From a virus: a stretch of DNA of 64,000 nt. Position 1 is the stretch's first letter. Each line of letters opens with the position of its first letter. The translations under genes and the position numbers were made by a program. The notes below the pieces were generated by a model, which had not been told where the DNA came from, did no database searches, and saw nothing but the letters and a program-made list of their open reading frames with translations. Location of the stretch: positions 5,592 to 69,591 of the IMG/VR virus record IMGVR_UViG_3300049433_000110. One strand, given 5' to 3'. This document shows, one piece after another, positions 61,412-64,000 of this stretch.

Positions 61412-61893
61412 ACGACAACACCAGCAACTTTCCTGGCAGCAACGAAGACCTCAGCGCTCCTCCCGCCCACAACCCCGCCTGCGCTGTCGCCGACCGCTTC
61501 GCAGCTCAACTGCTGCGCCTGTCGATCGACGCGCTGGCCAATCAACGCACGCTGTGGCCGGTCACGCCGCAACAGCAACAGCAGGAGGTCATCGATCGGC
61601 TGCGTAACGGCTTCATGGAAGTCATTCTGCGGCAGATCCCGCAGATTGCCGCCGCTGGCTTTGTGAATGCTGAAGTGACACTGCACACCATCACCTGCAA
61701 GGGCGATGCGATCAAGGCGGTGGTCACGATTGGCGACAACAAGACCCTGCACGACCTGGTGGATGTCATGGGACGAAAGGTCGTGTTGGTATTGGTAGAT
61801 GCGGAAATCTACACTGCGGGCATGGAGGGTTTTGAGGCACAGAAGGACCAGCCGGAGTTGCCGCTTGAGGGGTTCGGGGAGGAGGCGGCGTGA
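61408..61893 (+). CDS. Conserved phage hypothetical protein
   Basis: GAAGG RBS; DQPELPL C-terminal motif. Confidence 0.6.
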   Translation: MNDNTSNFPGSNEDLSAPPAHNPACAVADRFAAQLLRLSIDALANQRTLWPVTPQQQQQEVIDRLRNGFMEVILRQIPQIAAAGFVNAEVTLHTITCKGDAIKAVVTIGDNKTLHDLVDVMGRKVVLVLVDAEIYTAGMEGFEAQKDQPELPLEGFGEEAA

Positions 61894-62348
61894 TCATCAT
61901 CGTGTTTGGCGATCCCGCGCCCCAAGGCTCGAAGAAGTTCGTCGGCATGGCAGGCGGTCACGGCGTGTTGGTTGAATCCAGCAAACGCGTCAAGCCCTGG
62001 CGCCAGGACATCGTGAAGGCGGCCAAGGAAGCGATGGCGGGACTCGCGATGTTTGATGGGCCGCTGCAGGTCAAGATGGTCTTCACGCTACCCAAGCCCT
62101 CGAGCGCCCCGAAACGCAAACGCACCTGGCCCAACAAGAAGCCTGATGTCAGTAAGCTCGCGCGTTCGACCGAGGATGCGTTAGTCACCGCGGGCACCAT
62201 TCGAGATGACAGCCGCATCGTTGAGTACTCGCGACTGGCCAAAGTGTTTCCTGGGGAGGATCCGGATGCACTGTCATCACCGGGCGTGCTGATCGAGATC
62301 CACTGCCTGGATCAGGAGGCGCCGCGGCAATTGGCCGCGGTCGCATGA
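61890..62348 (+). CDS. rusA: RusA-family Holliday junction resolvase
   Basis: GDPAPQGSK, KPDVSKLARSTEDAL, DDSRIV. Confidence 0.9.
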   Translation: MIIIVFGDPAPQGSKKFVGMAGGHGVLVESSKRVKPWRQDIVKAAKEAMAGLAMFDGPLQVKMVFTLPKPSSAPKRKRTWPNKKPDVSKLARSTEDALVTAGTIRDDSRIVEYSRLAKVFPGEDPDALSSPGVLIEIHCLDQEAPRQLAAVA

Positions 62349-62392
62349 TTGAGGCTGGCAAGCGCTTCGCGTGCTATCGGGTGGCGGGTTGA

Positions 62393-63148
62393 ATGGATTA
62401 CTACAAGCGCTACATGGGCGATTACCAACGCGATACCGGACACCTATCGCTGGCAGCGCATGGTGCATTTACGGTGTTGCTCGATCACTACTACTCAAAG
62501 CGCAAGCCGTTGCCGGCCAACCTGGAGGATCTGTATCGGCTGTGCCGCGCCATGACCAAGCAGGAACAGGCGGCAGTGAAGCTCGTCGCCGAGGAGTTTT
62601 TCCCCGTGTGCGCCGATGGGTTACGCCACAGCCGCCGAGCCGATCAGGAGATTGAGAAGTGGGACGAGTTGATGAAGGAAGCCAGCGAATCTGGCAAGCG
62701 AGGCGCCGAAGTCAGGTGGGGGAAAAAGATTGGGCACCCTATGGCGAACCCTATGCTAGCCCCATCAAAAACAAATGGGGTACCTCATGTAAACCCTAAT
62801 GCGAACCCCAATGGGGGTAAGGATGGCGGAAAACATGGCTCTCCAGCTCCTATTCCAGCTCCTATACCTAAACCTCTTCCAGAGCCAGATCTAACCTCAG
62901 AGCCAGAGCTAGAGACGCGCACGCGCGCAAGCTCGCCTCGAGCCAAGCCGGTGAGCGCGGCTGTGCTGCTGGAGGCGAGTCGGAACGGTGAAAAAGGGGC
63001 GGGGGAATCGGAAGCGGAGATTCTGAGACGGACCGTGGTCGCGATGCTGCAGTCAGGGTCGAGCCCGGCTGAGATCGTGCGTACGATGCCCGCTCGCGGC
63101 CTGACGGTGGAGCAGGTGGCGGATATTGCACGGGAGCAATCGCCGTGA
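62393..63148 (+). CDS. DUF1376 (YdaU-like) replication initiator
   Basis: YYKRYMGDYQRDTGHLS...HGAF..LLDHYY; GKRGA..RW. Confidence 0.85.
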   Translation: MDYYKRYMGDYQRDTGHLSLAAHGAFTVLLDHYYSKRKPLPANLEDLYRLCRAMTKQEQAAVKLVAEEFFPVCADGLRHSRRADQEIEKWDELMKEASESGKRGAEVRWGKKIGHPMANPMLAPSKTNGVPHVNPNANPNGGKDGGKHGSPAPIPAPIPKPLPEPDLTSEPELETRTRASSPRAKPVSAAVLLEASRNGEKGAGESEAEILRRTVVAMLQSGSSPAEIVRTMPARGLTVEQVADIAREQSP

Positions 63149-63468
63149 CGCCGGACCTGCGAGCAGCACTGCAGCGTGAACTGGATCGGCTGACCGAGGG
63201 CGACAGGCCACAGGACAAAGCACGCTTCGCGGAGGGATTCTGGCGCAGCGTTCGGCACTGGGATGAGCGGTTCGCGACGGATTCGGAGTCGGCACTGCGT
63301 GATCTGGGGACGGCCTGGCTGGCGCGCATTCTCGTCACCCAGCACCCAGGCTCACCGCAATATGCGCAGGCGCTGAGGGAGGATTTCATGCTTCGGACGA
63401 CGCCGGAAGCGCGAGAGGCCTGCAGACAGTTCAGTCCGTCTGAGAGGAAGAAACTCGCAAGTGCTTGA
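63145..63468 (+). CDS. Hypothetical protein
   Basis: GTGA overlap with initiator. Confidence 0.55.
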   Translation: MTPDLRAALQRELDRLTEGDRPQDKARFAEGFWRSVRHWDERFATDSESALRDLGTAWLARILVTQHPGSPQYAQALREDFMLRTTPEAREACRQFSPSERKKLASA

Positions 63469-63496
63469 TTGTCAAGATCAATAGGAATGCTCCCAC

Positions 63497-63982
63497 GTGG
63501 AACGGGCAGAGTCTGAGGCTGCTGCAAAGCCAGCCGCCACTGTATCCAAAAGTAAACGAAAGCTGCCAACCAAGCGCGGCAGCCGCAAGGGTGTGCCGAA
63601 TAAATCCACGGCTGACGTGCGCGCCGCCATCGCGCAGCTCGCGGAAAAAAACGTCCATAAGCTCGAGGGCTGGCTCACGCGCATCGGACGCACAGATCCA
63701 GGACGCGCAGCCGATATCTTCTTGCGCATGCTCGAGTACCACATCCCGAAGCTAACTCGCACCGAGATCGTCAAGCCACCATCCAACAGTGGCCGCGTGA
63801 TTGACAGCTCGCAACTCACCGCCGAGCAGCGCGAGCAGCTGCGGCAGATGATCCTGGGGCAGGCCGAGCCGGCGTTGTTGGAGCAGCAGCAACCCAACAT
63901 GTTGGAGCCTGTTGGGTTGGGGGATGCGCAGGTGGTTGAGAGGGCTGAGGTGGACGGAAGTACGCATGCTCTGGATGAGTAG
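63497..63982 (+). CDS. Probable terminase small subunit
   Basis: GSRKGVPNKST...LEY.IPKL.RTE...D.S.LT.EQ; position preceding the packaging module. Confidence 0.65.
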   Translation: MERAESEAAAKPAATVSKSKRKLPTKRGSRKGVPNKSTADVRAAIAQLAEKNVHKLEGWLTRIGRTDPGRAADIFLRMLEYHIPKLTRTEIVKPPSNSGRVIDSSQLTAEQREQLRQMILGQAEPALLEQQQPNMLEPVGLGDAQVVERAEVDGSTHALDE

Positions 63983-64000
63983 TCAATGCAATCGATGCCC

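Larger units (their letters stand above)
1..64000. mobile_element. Near-complete temperate tailed phage genome (podovirus-like), apparently non-integrated form
   Basis: Continuous phage gene order (portal, capsid, tail, ejection, lysis, early, cI/cro, replication, TerS); no host housekeeping genes; candidate attP intact. Confidence 0.93.

Noticed and set aside
1-64000. CRISPR array, DGR/retron reverse transcriptase, tRNA genes
   Set aside because: No regularly spaced direct repeats, RT motifs or cloverleaf seen by eye; GGTTTCGAATCC near 40873 lies inside the lysozyme ORF.

Overview
The window is almost the whole genome of a temperate, short-tailed (podovirus-like) dsDNA phage, probably of a Proteobacterial host. 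It starts inside the portal gene and ends just after a probable small terminase gene, so the missing arc probably holds TerL and the portal N-terminus. The + strand (1-42.6 kb) carries the late genes: portal, GroES-like chaperonin, scaffold, capsid, decoration/fibre genes, adaptor, nozzle, ejection proteins and lysis genes, interrupted by five free-standing homing endonucleases. The - strand (42.7-59.5 kb) carries the early region. A cI/cro switch with four 16-bp operators is followed by RusA, a DUF1376 initiator and TerS. Main finding: I see no integrase, but there is an intact 28-bp dif-like site at 52757-52784. It has a near-perfect XerC arm, a perfect core and a degenerate XerD arm, and lies 25 bp upstream of an HTH+DUF3653 (XafT-like) gene whose predicted promoter is on the other side of the crossover. 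This suggests a tailed phage that integrates by exploiting host XerCD, as TLC-type IMEXs do. Other findings: a recurrent x-x-x-G-G motif across head and ejection proteins that brackets a NUDIX cassette; four Cys-rich fibre-like proteins with Sec signal peptides; a probable ATC start or TAG read-through; a LexA DNA-binding-domain-only protein; and a Trp-repeat/PASTA protein. All family calls come from motif recognition by eye; no searches were run.
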